Source of the DNA: a virus
Length of the DNA stretch: 64,000 nucleotides
Strand: one strand, 5' to 3'
Virus record (IMG/VR): IMGVR_UViG_3300018080_000001
Span: 106,100-170,099 of that record
The position numbers and the translations under genes are program-made. Positions within the stretch are counted from its first letter, which is position 1; each line of letters starts with the position of its first letter. The notes beneath the pieces were generated by a model. The model did no database searches, was not told where the DNA came from, and worked only from the letters and a program-made list of their open reading frames with translations. Below, piece after piece: positions 19,976-30,055 of this stretch.

Positions 19976-20670
19976 ATTTCTGCCTTACATTCTAAATCGT
20001 CTAACGCTCTATTAAATAAATTACTTTTATCTTTATTACTTAAACTTATATAACGTTCGTCTAGCGAATTTTTATCATGTATGATTTGTAAAATGATTCC
20101 ATAAGTCATACCTAAATTATACCAATTTTCTAAATTATCAGATCCTCCGGATATAGCAGCTAAATTAAAATATAGAGCGAACTGCTCTCCCGCAACTCTT
20201 TTAGCCACTTCATAATAAGTATCATAATCCCATAAAGTTGTAACTAATTCTAATCTTTGACCCACAAACATTTTGGATAACGAAGTAAACATTATGTTCG
20301 CAATTTTATCTGAGATAGAGTAAGATCTCATTACAGCCAGACTAAACATATGCGATTGAGTATTGATTTGCAAAGACATTGGTATATCCATATAAGATGA
20401 ATCACCATCCTGCATATCGTCGGTCAAGTTTACAGCGGCAAAGAACAACTCAGCCAAAGAACCCGCGACAAGGGCTTGGCTTTCTAAAGCTCCAATCTTC
20501 TTACTCACATCATATACTAACCCCCCGGGGTGTGCCTGTACAGAAGAACGGTCAAGAGCCTTCTGTATGTTCTCCCGAGAAGGCGCGTCAATAACAGGGA
20601 ATTGTTCTTGCGAGAGCTTGTAGAGCCATCTACGAGTCTCCCAGCTTATATAAGGGTTGGAAGCAGACAT
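19918..20670 (-). CDS. ComQ-like peptide prenyltransferase (isoprenyl diphosphate synthase fold)
   Basis: FARM ELFFAAVNLTDDMQDGD without the following RRG, GQ motif, degenerate second motif GIILQIIHDKNS. Confidence 0.75.
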   Translation of the reverse strand: MSASNPYISWETRRWLYKLSQEQFPVIDAPSRENIQKALDRSSVQAHPGGLVYDVSKKIGALESQALVAGSLAELFFAAVNLTDDMQDGDSSYMDIPMSLQINTQSHMFSLAVMRSYSISDKIANIMFTSLSKMFVGQRLELVTTLWDYDTYYEVAKRVAGEQFALYFNLAAISGGSDNLENWYNLGMTYGIILQIIHDKNSLDERYISLSNKDKSNLFNRALDDLECKAEICGSIAIEYCQNLVSLFKG

Positions 20671-20687
20671 GATTTATAAAATCAAAA

Positions 20688-20951
20688 CTAGGGAAAGTAT
20701 ACAGCTGCGCCAGACACATTACTATTTAGGACGTTAGTATCGTCCATAAATTTCTTTACCGCGTCTTTCACAGTTTTTGCTTTGGCGGGGTCTCCAGCGG
20801 CCAGATCATCAATAGCTTCTTCCAGCTTCTTCTCAAATGCCGGATTAAAACTTTGTGCTCCTGGGTTTCCGGTAATAGCTCCGATCTCATACAATGCTTC
20901 TAGCATTGCAGGGAAAGAGCTAGCCATGTTAATAAGTACGGGGGTTGCCAT
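20688..20951 (-). CDS. ComX-like pheromone precursor
   Basis: 87 aa with strong GGAG RBS; LINMASSFPAMLEAL resembles the ComX leader; aromatic C-terminus AAVYFP. Confidence 0.55.
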   Translation of the reverse strand: MATPVLINMASSFPAMLEALYEIGAITGNPGAQSFNPAFEKKLEEAIDDLAAGDPAKAKTVKDAVKKFMDDTNVLNSNVSGAAVYFP

Positions 20952-21044
20952 TTTCTCTTCTCCTTGTTATTCATACATTCACTGCGAATGCATACAACAG
21001 TCTCTAATATACTATAGGATCTTTGGAAAATATAAAAAATCTAT

Positions 21045-21407
21045 TTATAACGGCGTAATTGTACTGGCTGTGGAAGGAACCACTCCATTATTATAGTCAT
21101 CCAATAACTGATTATAATTTTCAATTATTTCATTTATTTTTGTTTTTAACGCAGGAATTGTAGGAACTTCGTTATCATCCAACCAATTAGCCAAGCCTTC
21201 TATTATTATACGTGTAAATTTATCTGCCAACCATTCTTGACCAGGCGTTACCGTATCACCTGGTTCTGGCGGTGTTGGCGGGGTTCCGATATCTGGAGGA
21301 TACTCAATTTTTAACCCTGTAGGATCTCCTAAAGCAAGTTTTATATCTTCTTTACTGGCATCTGCAACATCTTGTATTGCACTGCTTAAATCTCCGTAGG
21401 TAGTCAT
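21045..21407 (-). CDS. Hypothetical protein
   Basis: 120 aa with GGAG RBS. Confidence 0.6.
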   Translation of the reverse strand: MTTYGDLSSAIQDVADASKEDIKLALGDPTGLKIEYPPDIGTPPTPPEPGDTVTPGQEWLADKFTRIIIEGLANWLDDNEVPTIPALKTKINEIIENYNQLLDDYNNGVVPSTASTITPL

Positions 21408-21418
21408 ATGAATGTCTC

Positions 21419-21667
21419 CTAATTCATATTTTTATTAGTTAGTTTTACCACTGATCCGTTATAAATATCGTTATATATCTTATTAATTTTTTTATTACGT
21501 GCTGTTATTTCTTTATTTAACTTTTTTACTTCTTCATTTAATATTACTAATTGATCTGTAAATACAGTTATATCTTTTTTTATTTTGTTGAATTGATCTT
21601 GCACAATGGCCTTAACAATTTCCGTAACAAACTTTCTTACAATATTTTTAGTTAACATTTTCCACAA
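21419..21667 (-). CDS. Coiled-coil hypothetical protein
   Basis: ORF track. Confidence 0.5.
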   Translation of the reverse strand: MWKMLTKNIVRKFVTEIVKAIVQDQFNKIKKDITVFTDQLVILNEEVKKLNKEITARNKKINKIYNDIYNGSVVKLTNKNMN

Positions 21668-22188
21668 TACCTTGTAACTCGTGAGCCATCTTTTTTATTT
21701 TATCATCGTTATTAAGATTATTGCGCGTATAAATATCTAGGGCTTTTTTTATTCTTAGTTCTAAATGATTTACACGGCCAGATAAACTTACATTGGATTT
21801 CTTCAAATTATTTAGTTCCAATTCTTTATAAAAGTCACTCATTCGTTAGACCTCTTTCTTTTCTTTCCCATAAATTCTCTATACTCTGTTTTTACACTAG
21901 AACCATAAATAGCTCCGACAATAAAAAATAAAATAGGAATTACCCAATCCGATAATTCTTCCATTCATGCCCCCTTTTGTTTATACTATCTATTCTTTTT
22001 CCACTCATCTAGAGACATCTGTCTAAGCTCTCTTTCTATCAGTCTTTTCCATCTAGTATTATCATATTTTTCTTTTAGCTGTTCTAAAGTCAATTCCTCT
22101 AAACACATTATTTTCCTGTTGGCATTAATACGATTTAATGCATGTGCTTCTGCTTCTTCTTTGGTTGCAGACATAAAAGTATCTCCTT

Positions 22189-22560
22189 CTACCGTTCAAG
22201 TATTTTCTCGTCTTCAATTATAAAACCGACCTTTTCAAAAAATTCTTTGAATTTATCAAAATTTGGTTTTTTTATCCAACTGAAATAATCCAAATATATA
22301 ATATTATTTTTCGGTTCTGTATGCATTATAACATGATTTTCTCCGGTAATAATTGCAACACTAAAACCTACACTTTCGGGAAAAAATTCATGTTTAACAA
22401 CAGCAAATATAGAACATTCTGCATAGTGACAAGAACTTAGTAAAAGGTTATATAGTGCATTATTATCAAATAATGATATCCGATTAAAATATATTCCCGC
22501 ATTTTCTGTGAATATATTAGTATCTTTACTTAATTTAAGCATTAAATGTTTATGGCTCAT
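22189..22560 (-). CDS. S-adenosylmethionine decarboxylase (SpeD)-like protein with degenerate active site
   Basis: HEFFPESVGFSVAIITGENHVIMHTEP...LDYFSW aligns to HxFxPxGxSxxxxxxESHxxxHTWPE...DxFTC. Confidence 0.65.
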   Translation of the reverse strand: MSHKHLMLKLSKDTNIFTENAGIYFNRISLFDNNALYNLLLSSCHYAECSIFAVVKHEFFPESVGFSVAIITGENHVIMHTEPKNNIIYLDYFSWIKKPNFDKFKEFFEKVGFIIEDEKILER

Positions 22561-22874
22561 AACTTTATACCCTTGCTAATAATTTGTGTACAATTTTCTT
22601 CAAAATCTTCCCCCATCAAATCAGATTGATTGGGTTCATAACCACTTTCCAATAAAATACTAATAGCTCTGTCCAAATCCTCGCCACGTTTTTGTTGATC
22701 CTCATTCATCTTACTAAAAACTAAGGACTCTTCTTTAGTCATACCACTGGTTATCCATTCCTCATCACATTTTTTTCTATAATTAAGAAGTATCCTTAAA
22801 GCATAGCCCAAAGGAGTTGCATCTATAAACCATTCTCTACTATCTACTGCATTTCTTACTGGGGGAAAGCTCAT
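22557..22874 (-). CDS. Hypothetical protein
   Basis: ORF track. Confidence 0.55.
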   Translation of the reverse strand: MSFPPVRNAVDSREWFIDATPLGYALRILLNYRKKCDEEWITSGMTKEESLVFSKMNEDQQKRGEDLDRAISILLESGYEPNQSDLMGEDFEENCTQIISKGIKL

Positions 22875-23182
22875 CGTACCACCTTTTCCGGATCATCAAT
22901 AGTCATTGTATACCCACAACATTTCGGCCAGCCTTCATTAAAACATGTTTCATAATTTACTTTAATACTCTGACCGCATTCCCTGCACCAGACTTTATCC
23001 GCTTTATTTACTTTTAGAGCATCCTTTATAATGGAATTTGTTTCTTTATTCACGTATTTGTCTGGATTTACATAGTTTTCTGGTATCCTATAAGCATCTA
23101 GCAGCTTATTTGTCATTTCTTTAATAGCTTTAATAATTTCTTTTGCCGATTGTCCAGCATGTTGATCTTTTATATCGGACAT
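22871..23182 (-). CDS. Zinc-ribbon protein
   Basis: WCREC...GWPKCCG. Confidence 0.55.
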   Translation of the reverse strand: MSDIKDQHAGQSAKEIIKAIKEMTNKLLDAYRIPENYVNPDKYVNKETNSIIKDALKVNKADKVWCRECGQSIKVNYETCFNEGWPKCCGYTMTIDDPEKVVR

Positions 23183-23760
23183 TTTTCATTTCTCCTATTA
23201 TTTAATATACCGTTGATAACTTTTACAGTGTCTTGTGCATCCCTAAACTCACTAGATTCTAATTCATTTCTCAAAATTTCTACAATTTTTTCCGCATTAT
23301 TTGCACGCTCTCTTTCCTTAATGATAGTGGAACTTAGGTTTTCTTTCATTTCTAAAATAGCTTGAGCTGCCAAATTCCATCGTGGATCGGATAAAGAAAC
23401 AGGTACTTTTTCCGGAGAGCCGGAAATAGCTTGCATAATAATTCTCATATGCAATTCGAATCTTCTTACTTTTGCTTCTAAAAAATTATATCTTTCTCGC
23501 CAAATCTCTAGTAAACCCTCTTCATCCATATACTTATTTTTTCTTGTTACTATATAAGGAGCATACGTGCTAATTAATTTTTTAAGTTCATCTAACTTAA
23601 CGCAATTATTACATTTTTCTTCTTCTGTGTTAATTGATGCCAAGACATCTTTATAAGATGCTTTTAATTTTTCAAAAGAATCAACTATTTCCTCGGTCAC
23701 AGATTCTCTACTATATAAAAACCTTTGAACTGTTATAACATCATTATCAGCGTTCTTCAT
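23170..23760 (-). CDS. Coiled-coil hypothetical protein
   Basis: ORF track. Confidence 0.55.
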   Translation of the reverse strand: MKNADNDVITVQRFLYSRESVTEEIVDSFEKLKASYKDVLASINTEEEKCNNCVKLDELKKLISTYAPYIVTRKNKYMDEEGLLEIWRERYNFLEAKVRRFELHMRIIMQAISGSPEKVPVSLSDPRWNLAAQAILEMKENLSSTIIKERERANNAEKIVEILRNELESSEFRDAQDTVKVINGILNNRRNEKCPI

Positions 23761-24049
23761 ACAAAATTCCTTTTATATCCGTACCATAGAAGTACATTCT
23801 TTTTAATTTTTTATCCAAAAAACCTACGGGTTTAGACTTATCATTTGCAACAAATATATCATTATCTATTACTTTTATTAATTTTACATTGTCTCTATTT
23901 TCTATAATATTTAACAAAATGTTTATTACGCCCCAATCTTCTGACACGTCTTTCCAGATATTGGATAACTTTCTAAGTGTTTTAAACCACTCTTCCGACA
24001 AACTTCCTTCAAAAAGACCATCTTCTACGATACTTTTATCAATACCCAT
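23747..24049 (-). CDS. Hypothetical protein
   Basis: ORF track, GGAGG RBS. Confidence 0.55.
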   Translation of the reverse strand: MGIDKSIVEDGLFEGSLSEEWFKTLRKLSNIWKDVSEDWGVINILLNIIENRDNVKLIKVIDNDIFVANDKSKPVGFLDKKLKRMYFYGTDIKGILYEER

Positions 24050-24149
24050 TATTTTCCTCCCACATCTTATAAAATTGCCCCGAATGTCTGATTATAAAAT
24101 ACGGAAGAGAAAAATTATATATTTATATCGTATTAAGTTATTATTTTAT

Positions 24150-25733
24150 TTATTCTGCTAATATCCAAGAATCTTCGCTGTCATTTACATTATTTCCCGC
24201 AGAGGGTAAAGAATGTGTCGCAGCGCTTCTATTAAAATATATATCTGCGGTAGTACCCGAAATACTTGTGCTACCAGCATTAAAAATAAGACGACACGAT
24301 CCGTTTAAATAAAGAGCATAACGTGTTGCAGAAGATAATTCGTCAATAGTTTCTATTATAGCTCTAGAAAAATCTTCTAATTTCAAAATATCTCTGGGTG
24401 CCGTGTCTATGAATATATTAGACCCTTCAAATAAACCCCCATCATCGATAGCAATACAATCTATAGTACTATATGTAGGTTCAACATCAAATCTACAATA
24501 ACTAGCTGAACATTGAGCCCTATGATCAATAACAAGATGATCCATGGCAGCGAGAAGCAATGTAGATCTCTCGGTAACTACTGTTACACCGGTTCTCGTA
24601 CAAAAACAATTTAGATTAATTCCAGAATTAATAGAGTGTTTTCCGGGCTCTATGTATATATCCGTATCGGGAGCAGCGGGTGCACCGATCAAACTATTAC
24701 ACATTTGAAGGGACGATATATAACCAATGCTATACGCAGTATCATCAAAACCATCACTGTCTAAAAGAGGAACTGAATTAACACTTCCGCCACTTTGTAT
24801 CCAAATATTGTCATCAGTTGGAACCTTAAAACGACAAAGTGTTAAGATCGACATGGCATCACCCTTCCAAATAAAAGGTTTTGCTTCTGTAGAAGTAAAT
24901 ACGGTGTTTGCAATACCAAATTGTGAATTTGACCAATAAATGCTACCATCTACATCAAATGTTATAGACTGATTAATATTTATATTAGCAGCAGGATCAA
25001 TAATATTAAAAGAATCTGTTGCAGCTATACCCGCGAAATTATAAGGTATTTTAATAGCATTAGAAGAATTTTTGTAAATAGGAAAAGTATATCCACTCCC
25101 CGCACCACTAGTCATCTTAATAAATCTCCCAAACCATTGGTCATTAGTCCAAGACGCACCACTAACTGTAATATCTAATCCTGCTAATACACCACGATTA
25201 GTTAGAGTACCAATGGTATGAGGCCCGGAAAGAACTACGGGATCTCCAGTACATTCAAACGTTAATTGTCCATTTCTGTCAAGTTTTTTGTTAACATAAT
25301 TAGGAAAAGAAGTATATGTACCGGCCGTGTAACGAATATGTACACGATGTTTTATTAAATAAGGTATATCATTATATGCTTTATCTATAGTTACATACGG
25401 AATACTTTCACTACCATCTCCTGATACATCGCTACCGTTAGATCCATCAACATAAATATCCATATTTGCAGTTGTCTCATCCTTACCTATAAGACCATCA
25501 TTATCCACATCTCTATACTTTAAAGTTAGTACTTTTTCCGAAGAAAGAACTTCAGAATCTAAAGAACAAGAAACTTTTCCGGCATTTATATAATCTGCTA
25601 CAACATCTAATACTGCGGTGTCAAATTGAATTTCATGTAAGTCTACGCTCTTTTGTCCGTGTGCGATTATATTGAAATTCGGAAAAGACAAAAAACTAGA
25701 TGTGCTATTGATTAATGTTATTGTTTTAGACAT
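24150..25733 (-). CDS. Beta-helix fibre/spike paralog 5
   Basis: Shared N-domain; IYVDGSNGSD.SGDGS..PYxTI pectin-lyase-fold cap motif. Confidence 0.7.
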   Translation of the reverse strand: MSKTITLINSTSSFLSFPNFNIIAHGQKSVDLHEIQFDTAVLDVVADYINAGKVSCSLDSEVLSSEKVLTLKYRDVDNDGLIGKDETTANMDIYVDGSNGSDVSGDGSESIPYVTIDKAYNDIPYLIKHRVHIRYTAGTYTSFPNYVNKKLDRNGQLTFECTGDPVVLSGPHTIGTLTNRGVLAGLDITVSGASWTNDQWFGRFIKMTSGAGSGYTFPIYKNSSNAIKIPYNFAGIAATDSFNIIDPAANININQSITFDVDGSIYWSNSQFGIANTVFTSTEAKPFIWKGDAMSILTLCRFKVPTDDNIWIQSGGSVNSVPLLDSDGFDDTAYSIGYISSLQMCNSLIGAPAAPDTDIYIEPGKHSINSGINLNCFCTRTGVTVVTERSTLLLAAMDHLVIDHRAQCSASYCRFDVEPTYSTIDCIAIDDGGLFEGSNIFIDTAPRDILKLEDFSRAIIETIDELSSATRYALYLNGSCRLIFNAGSTSISGTTADIYFNRSAATHSLPSAGNNVNDSEDSWILAE

Positions 25734-25744
25734 GTTTCTTTATT

Positions 25745-27361
25745 CTATTTCATTGCAATAATGTCCCCACCTGTAGTAGTATAGCTATTACCGCTTGCAG
25801 GCCATGTCGCTTGTGTAGATCCGTCCCATGTAAATTGAATAGCTCCCGTCGCCCCTAAGATATTTACTACAACAGGACCTCCTTTTGCATAAAATATACA
25901 AGCTTCTTCGGCTTTAATAGCATATGCACCCGCTGTATTATTTCCCATCAAATAAGATACTGTTAATCTTCCTCTAGCCTGTATAGCTTGATTACATGCC
26001 GCAAAATAACAGGAATAAATTTTTGTGTGACCGGCAGCTAAAAATCCAATAGTAGAAAATCCAATCTGTTCTATTAATGTAGCAGATATAGCATTCATAG
26101 CATTCGAATATTCAAATGTAAGCCCACCGCAAATAGAGAAAGTTACTGCGTTATCATAAGATTTTATACCTTCAATACGACCTCGTACTACAACACCTGA
26201 TATTTCAGAATTATGCATAACAACATTAGTATTATCAGAAGTAGGAACCGCTCCATTGGAAGGTAAAATATTAGTACATACAGATCCAATATCATCTATT
26301 TGTGGATTGTCAAAAGTGGGTTCGTACAGTACCGATTGCCAATTTAACTGACTATTAAAAAGTTCTAAAAATACATATTTATCACTGTCAACTATACTAC
26401 AAAAAGGTAAATGCGCAGAAATACTTTTAAATGTAAATGATCTATCTCCACCAGTTGCTGAAGTCGCCACAAATTTAATAGCTCCTGCAAAAAATTCTAA
26501 ACCCCAAGGGGTTTCATGCGTATTCATATACAATTCGTCGTCTAATATACTGTCTCCTTCTACAATTACACGATAAGAACATGTGATTGTAACAGGACAG
26601 TCAACAATATTAAAAGTATCTCCAGGAGCATAACCATAATATTCTGTAAATGTTCTAATAGTATCAGAGTCGTTTTTCCAAACAGGTTGAACTTTCCCCG
26701 CCCAATTTCCGGTTAGCACATGAATGAACTTTCCATAATATTGATCGGAACTCCATCCAGGAGTACCCGTAACTTGTAAATCTTTTCCGAAATAAGAACC
26801 AAATAGATCAGGAGTAGAAGCTACATTCGTAGCGGTCCCTATAGCAAAAGGGCCTGCTACTATGGGATAACTTAATCCTGTAGCATCGAAAATTATTTTT
26901 CCATCTTCTATATATCTATGTTTAAAAAATGCTGGAAAACCTGTATAATTTCCTGCTACTTTGAATCTAACATGTATTTTATATTTTATAGTGAAAGGTA
27001 AACTTTCAAGAAATGCTAGTGTTTTATATGGATCGCTACTACTACCATTACCCGCATAATCGTCTCCATTATCACAATCAACATAAATATTAGATGCTGC
27101 TGCGGTTTCATCTTTACCAAAAGAGGCAGAAGAATCTGTTTCTCTATATTTCAGAGATAAAACTTCGGTATAAGTTAATTTTTGGTTATCTAAATAACAA
27201 TCAACTTTTCCTGAATAAATATAATTAGAAATTACTGTTAAGATACCTTCATCAAATTGTATCTCTTTCAGGTCTATATTGTAAGAACTATATTTTTCTA
27301 TATAAAAATTAGGAAAGGATAATGTATTGCTAGATTTGTTTGTTAATGTTACAGTTTTCAT
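25745..27361 (-). CDS. Beta-helix fibre/spike paralog 4
   Basis: As above; first ~30 aa identical to 31843..33402. Confidence 0.7.
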   Translation of the reverse strand: MKTVTLTNKSSNTLSFPNFYIEKYSSYNIDLKEIQFDEGILTVISNYIYSGKVDCYLDNQKLTYTEVLSLKYRETDSSASFGKDETAAASNIYVDCDNGDDYAGNGSSSDPYKTLAFLESLPFTIKYKIHVRFKVAGNYTGFPAFFKHRYIEDGKIIFDATGLSYPIVAGPFAIGTATNVASTPDLFGSYFGKDLQVTGTPGWSSDQYYGKFIHVLTGNWAGKVQPVWKNDSDTIRTFTEYYGYAPGDTFNIVDCPVTITCSYRVIVEGDSILDDELYMNTHETPWGLEFFAGAIKFVATSATGGDRSFTFKSISAHLPFCSIVDSDKYVFLELFNSQLNWQSVLYEPTFDNPQIDDIGSVCTNILPSNGAVPTSDNTNVVMHNSEISGVVVRGRIEGIKSYDNAVTFSICGGLTFEYSNAMNAISATLIEQIGFSTIGFLAAGHTKIYSCYFAACNQAIQARGRLTVSYLMGNNTAGAYAIKAEEACIFYAKGGPVVVNILGATGAIQFTWDGSTQATWPASGNSYTTTGGDIIAMK

Positions 27362-27443
27362 ATAGTATACCCCTTTCTTTTTCCCTTTTACAGGAGAATA
27401 CTATAAAGGTTATACTAGTATATTCTGTATAGAAATTTTTAAA

Positions 27444-27818
27444 TTATTTCTCTATACGTTTAGTTTTATATTTATTATTATAGTTTTCTAGAGCTTTAAA
27501 CATTTTTTTATTACCTGGAGATTCTTTATATAAGTCTCCACCACTCTTTCTAAAAATTAAGGTTTCGCTTTCATTATTAATAGATATAATATATAATATA
27601 TCTTTTATTATTTTATATCTAAGTACTAACTGAGTTATGAATCCAATAGTGCAAATTGCAAAAACATAAACACAAGAAACTATAGAAATACTTAACTGAA
27701 TAGAATCTATATCTTTTCCAAAATATAGGACTAAAACTAATATAGTTGTTACTAATAATCCGGGAATTATCCATCCAAGATATGACCACTTCCATAGTGA
27801 TAAATAAGAATATTTCAT
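27444..27818 (-). CDS. Chimeric membrane protein (N-term of 29400 gene plus C-term of 33486 gene)
   Basis: Translation matches both parents; junction at about 27541. Confidence 0.7.
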   Translation of the reverse strand: MKYSYLSLWKWSYLGWIIPGLLVTTILVLVLYFGKDIDSIQLSISIVSCVYVFAICTIGFITQLVLRYKIIKDILYIISINNESETLIFRKSGGDLYKESPGNKKMFKALENYNNKYKTKRIEK

Positions 27819-27826
27819 TTCTTATC

Positions 27827-29407
27827 CTATGTATTTACTACAAATGAACCTGCGCTATCTGTAGCAGAAAGACCTGCTGCTGGATATGCAACAGTAGTTC
27901 CTCCTGTGACAAATCGAATATCTCCAAGAGTACCGCTTAGTGCTGATGCGTTGATTCTAATAATAGATAAAGCATCTATTTCTAGACCATACTTAGTAAT
28001 ATTTGCAGTTTCTCCATCAATATTTACACAATCAAAATTAGCACGTCTAACAAAAAAAGCACTATCTACAGTATCTCTAAAGTATACATAAGTGAAATGC
28101 CCGCAACCACCAATTGAATATATTCCACTAGAGAAACATCTACCAACATATGTATTATTTATAGTCACACTGGAATTATCATATATTTCTATTCCAGAAC
28201 AAGTTACTCCGTAAGTTTCCATATTTGAGTTATAGCCTGTAAATATAGTTCCTAGAACAGTAACATCAGCAAGATTACACTTACCGTAGTATATATCAAA
28301 AGCTCTCTTGTAAGATCCTGGAGCACCATCTGTATCAGTAATAATCGTACCAGGAAAATAATCCGTATTGGGTAATCTAAAATCTACATTCTTAATTTCA
28401 CTTGGAAATGATAAAGCTGCACCCCCAATAAATACATTTCCTTCAACCGTAGTCTTAGCAGCTTTTAATTTTACTCCATTAGTATGAAGGAAATTGTCAT
28501 TTCCAGAGATCTTTAGTCTATTATCTGATCCTGTTACTTCAAGATAAATACCGGTTACACCGAATCTGACTCCATTTGTATACAATGTACCTATGTCAAA
28601 CCTATTCTCTACATGTAAATCTATCCCGTGATTGACAGAAATTTTTACAGGTAAATCTACAATTTCAAATGTTTCAGACGTACTTGGTATAGAAAGCGAT
28701 TCTCCTATAGTAATTCTGTCTGCATCATTTGAATGAATAGCATAGCATTTACCAGAATTAGATCCAGAAGTCGCTCTAAGAAATTTTCCTACAAATTGAT
28801 CTGTTGTCCATCCTGCTCCAGCTACAGTTATATCATGAGCTACAGGAACACCCGCAGCAGTAATATTAGTAGTTCCTGTAATCGTGAAAGGTCCTGCAAC
28901 TGTAGTAGTATCTCCTTGTCCTTGAATTGTTAATTGACCAATTCCATGTATTTCATGAGTAATATCATAAGGAAACTCAGTATAAGTACCTTCGGTAAGT
29001 AGAACATTTATCTTATGTCCTATTTTCCTTGGTATTTTGGAAAGAGCATACGTAATAGTTTCATAAGGTTTACTGTCTGATCCGTCTCCTGCATAATTAT
29101 TTCCTGTAATTTGATTAACATAAATATCCAAATCTGTATCAGTAGTATCTTTCCCAATAGATCCATCTGATACTACATCTCTATATTTTAAACTAGTTAC
29201 ATCATCCGCAGATAATTGTACAGAATCCAAATAACAATAAGCTTTACTTGTAGAAACATAAGTAGATAAAATATCCAATATAGTACTATTAAATTGAATT
29301 TCGTTCAAATCTATTGTTTTTTGTTCCCCAACAGATAAAGTAAGATTAGCTTGTGGAAAAGACAATACATTTTGTGATATATTTGTTACAGTAATTATTT
29401 TAGACAT
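27827..29407 (-). CDS. Beta-helix fibre/spike paralog 3
   Basis: Closest to 30056..31636. Confidence 0.7.
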   Translation of the reverse strand: MSKIITVTNISQNVLSFPQANLTLSVGEQKTIDLNEIQFNSTILDILSTYVSTSKAYCYLDSVQLSADDVTSLKYRDVVSDGSIGKDTTDTDLDIYVNQITGNNYAGDGSDSKPYETITYALSKIPRKIGHKINVLLTEGTYTEFPYDITHEIHGIGQLTIQGQGDTTTVAGPFTITGTTNITAAGVPVAHDITVAGAGWTTDQFVGKFLRATSGSNSGKCYAIHSNDADRITIGESLSIPSTSETFEIVDLPVKISVNHGIDLHVENRFDIGTLYTNGVRFGVTGIYLEVTGSDNRLKISGNDNFLHTNGVKLKAAKTTVEGNVFIGGAALSFPSEIKNVDFRLPNTDYFPGTIITDTDGAPGSYKRAFDIYYGKCNLADVTVLGTIFTGYNSNMETYGVTCSGIEIYDNSSVTINNTYVGRCFSSGIYSIGGCGHFTYVYFRDTVDSAFFVRRANFDCVNIDGETANITKYGLEIDALSIIRINASALSGTLGDIRFVTGGTTVAYPAAGLSATDSAGSFVVNT

Positions 29408-30047
29408 TTTTTTCCCTTTCCTTCATTATTCGATGCTGTTTCTCAACATCCCACTTAGGATATGCGAAACTTAAAACAGCATGTTCCAATTCATGAAGTA
29501 ATAAGTTAAGCGTTTTATCTATATTTCCACCCCACTCTACTTCGCACCATCTTCCTTTTTGTATTCCGTAATGTCTAAATACTTTCCCAAATCTTTCAGT
29601 TTTTATTGTACCTGGTTTTTTGAACGTAACAAAAACGTGGGGTGAAAAATATTTTGTATTAGCTCTTGGAGCAACTTTTTTAAGTTTTTCAATATTATTA
29701 TTGATATTAGTTTTTATTCCTGGTACAGGGATCATAACTTTCCACAATCTTTCTAGATCCTCTATACCTTTACTCTTTCTAAAAATTAAGATTTCGCTTT
29801 CATTATTAATAGATATAGTATATAATATATCTTTTATTATTTTATATCTAAGTACTAATTGAGTTATGAATCCAATAGTGCAAATTGCAAAAATAGAACT
29901 ACAAGAAACTGTAGAAATAATTAACTGCGTAGCATCCAGATTTTTTCCAAAGCATAGGACTAAAACTAATATAGTTGTTACTAATAATCCTGGAATTATC
30001 CAACCAAGATATGCCCACTTCCACAAAGGAAAACAAGGATATTTCAT
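29400..30047 (-). CDS. Two-TM protein with HExxH (zincin-like) domain
   Basis: Two TM helices, LLHELEH. Confidence 0.6.
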   Translation of the reverse strand: MKYPCFPLWKWAYLGWIIPGLLVTTILVLVLCFGKNLDATQLIISTVSCSSIFAICTIGFITQLVLRYKIIKDILYTISINNESEILIFRKSKGIEDLERLWKVMIPVPGIKTNINNNIEKLKKVAPRANTKYFSPHVFVTFKKPGTIKTERFGKVFRHYGIQKGRWCEVEWGGNIDKTLNLLLHELEHAVLSFAYPKWDVEKQHRIMKEREKNV

Positions 30048-30055
30048 TTCTTCTC

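Noticed and set aside
19918-20670. Ordinary FPP/GGPP synthase (ispA) as an auxiliary metabolic gene
   Set aside because: Lacks the RRG loop and the second DDxxD, and sits between a peptide and a sensor kinase
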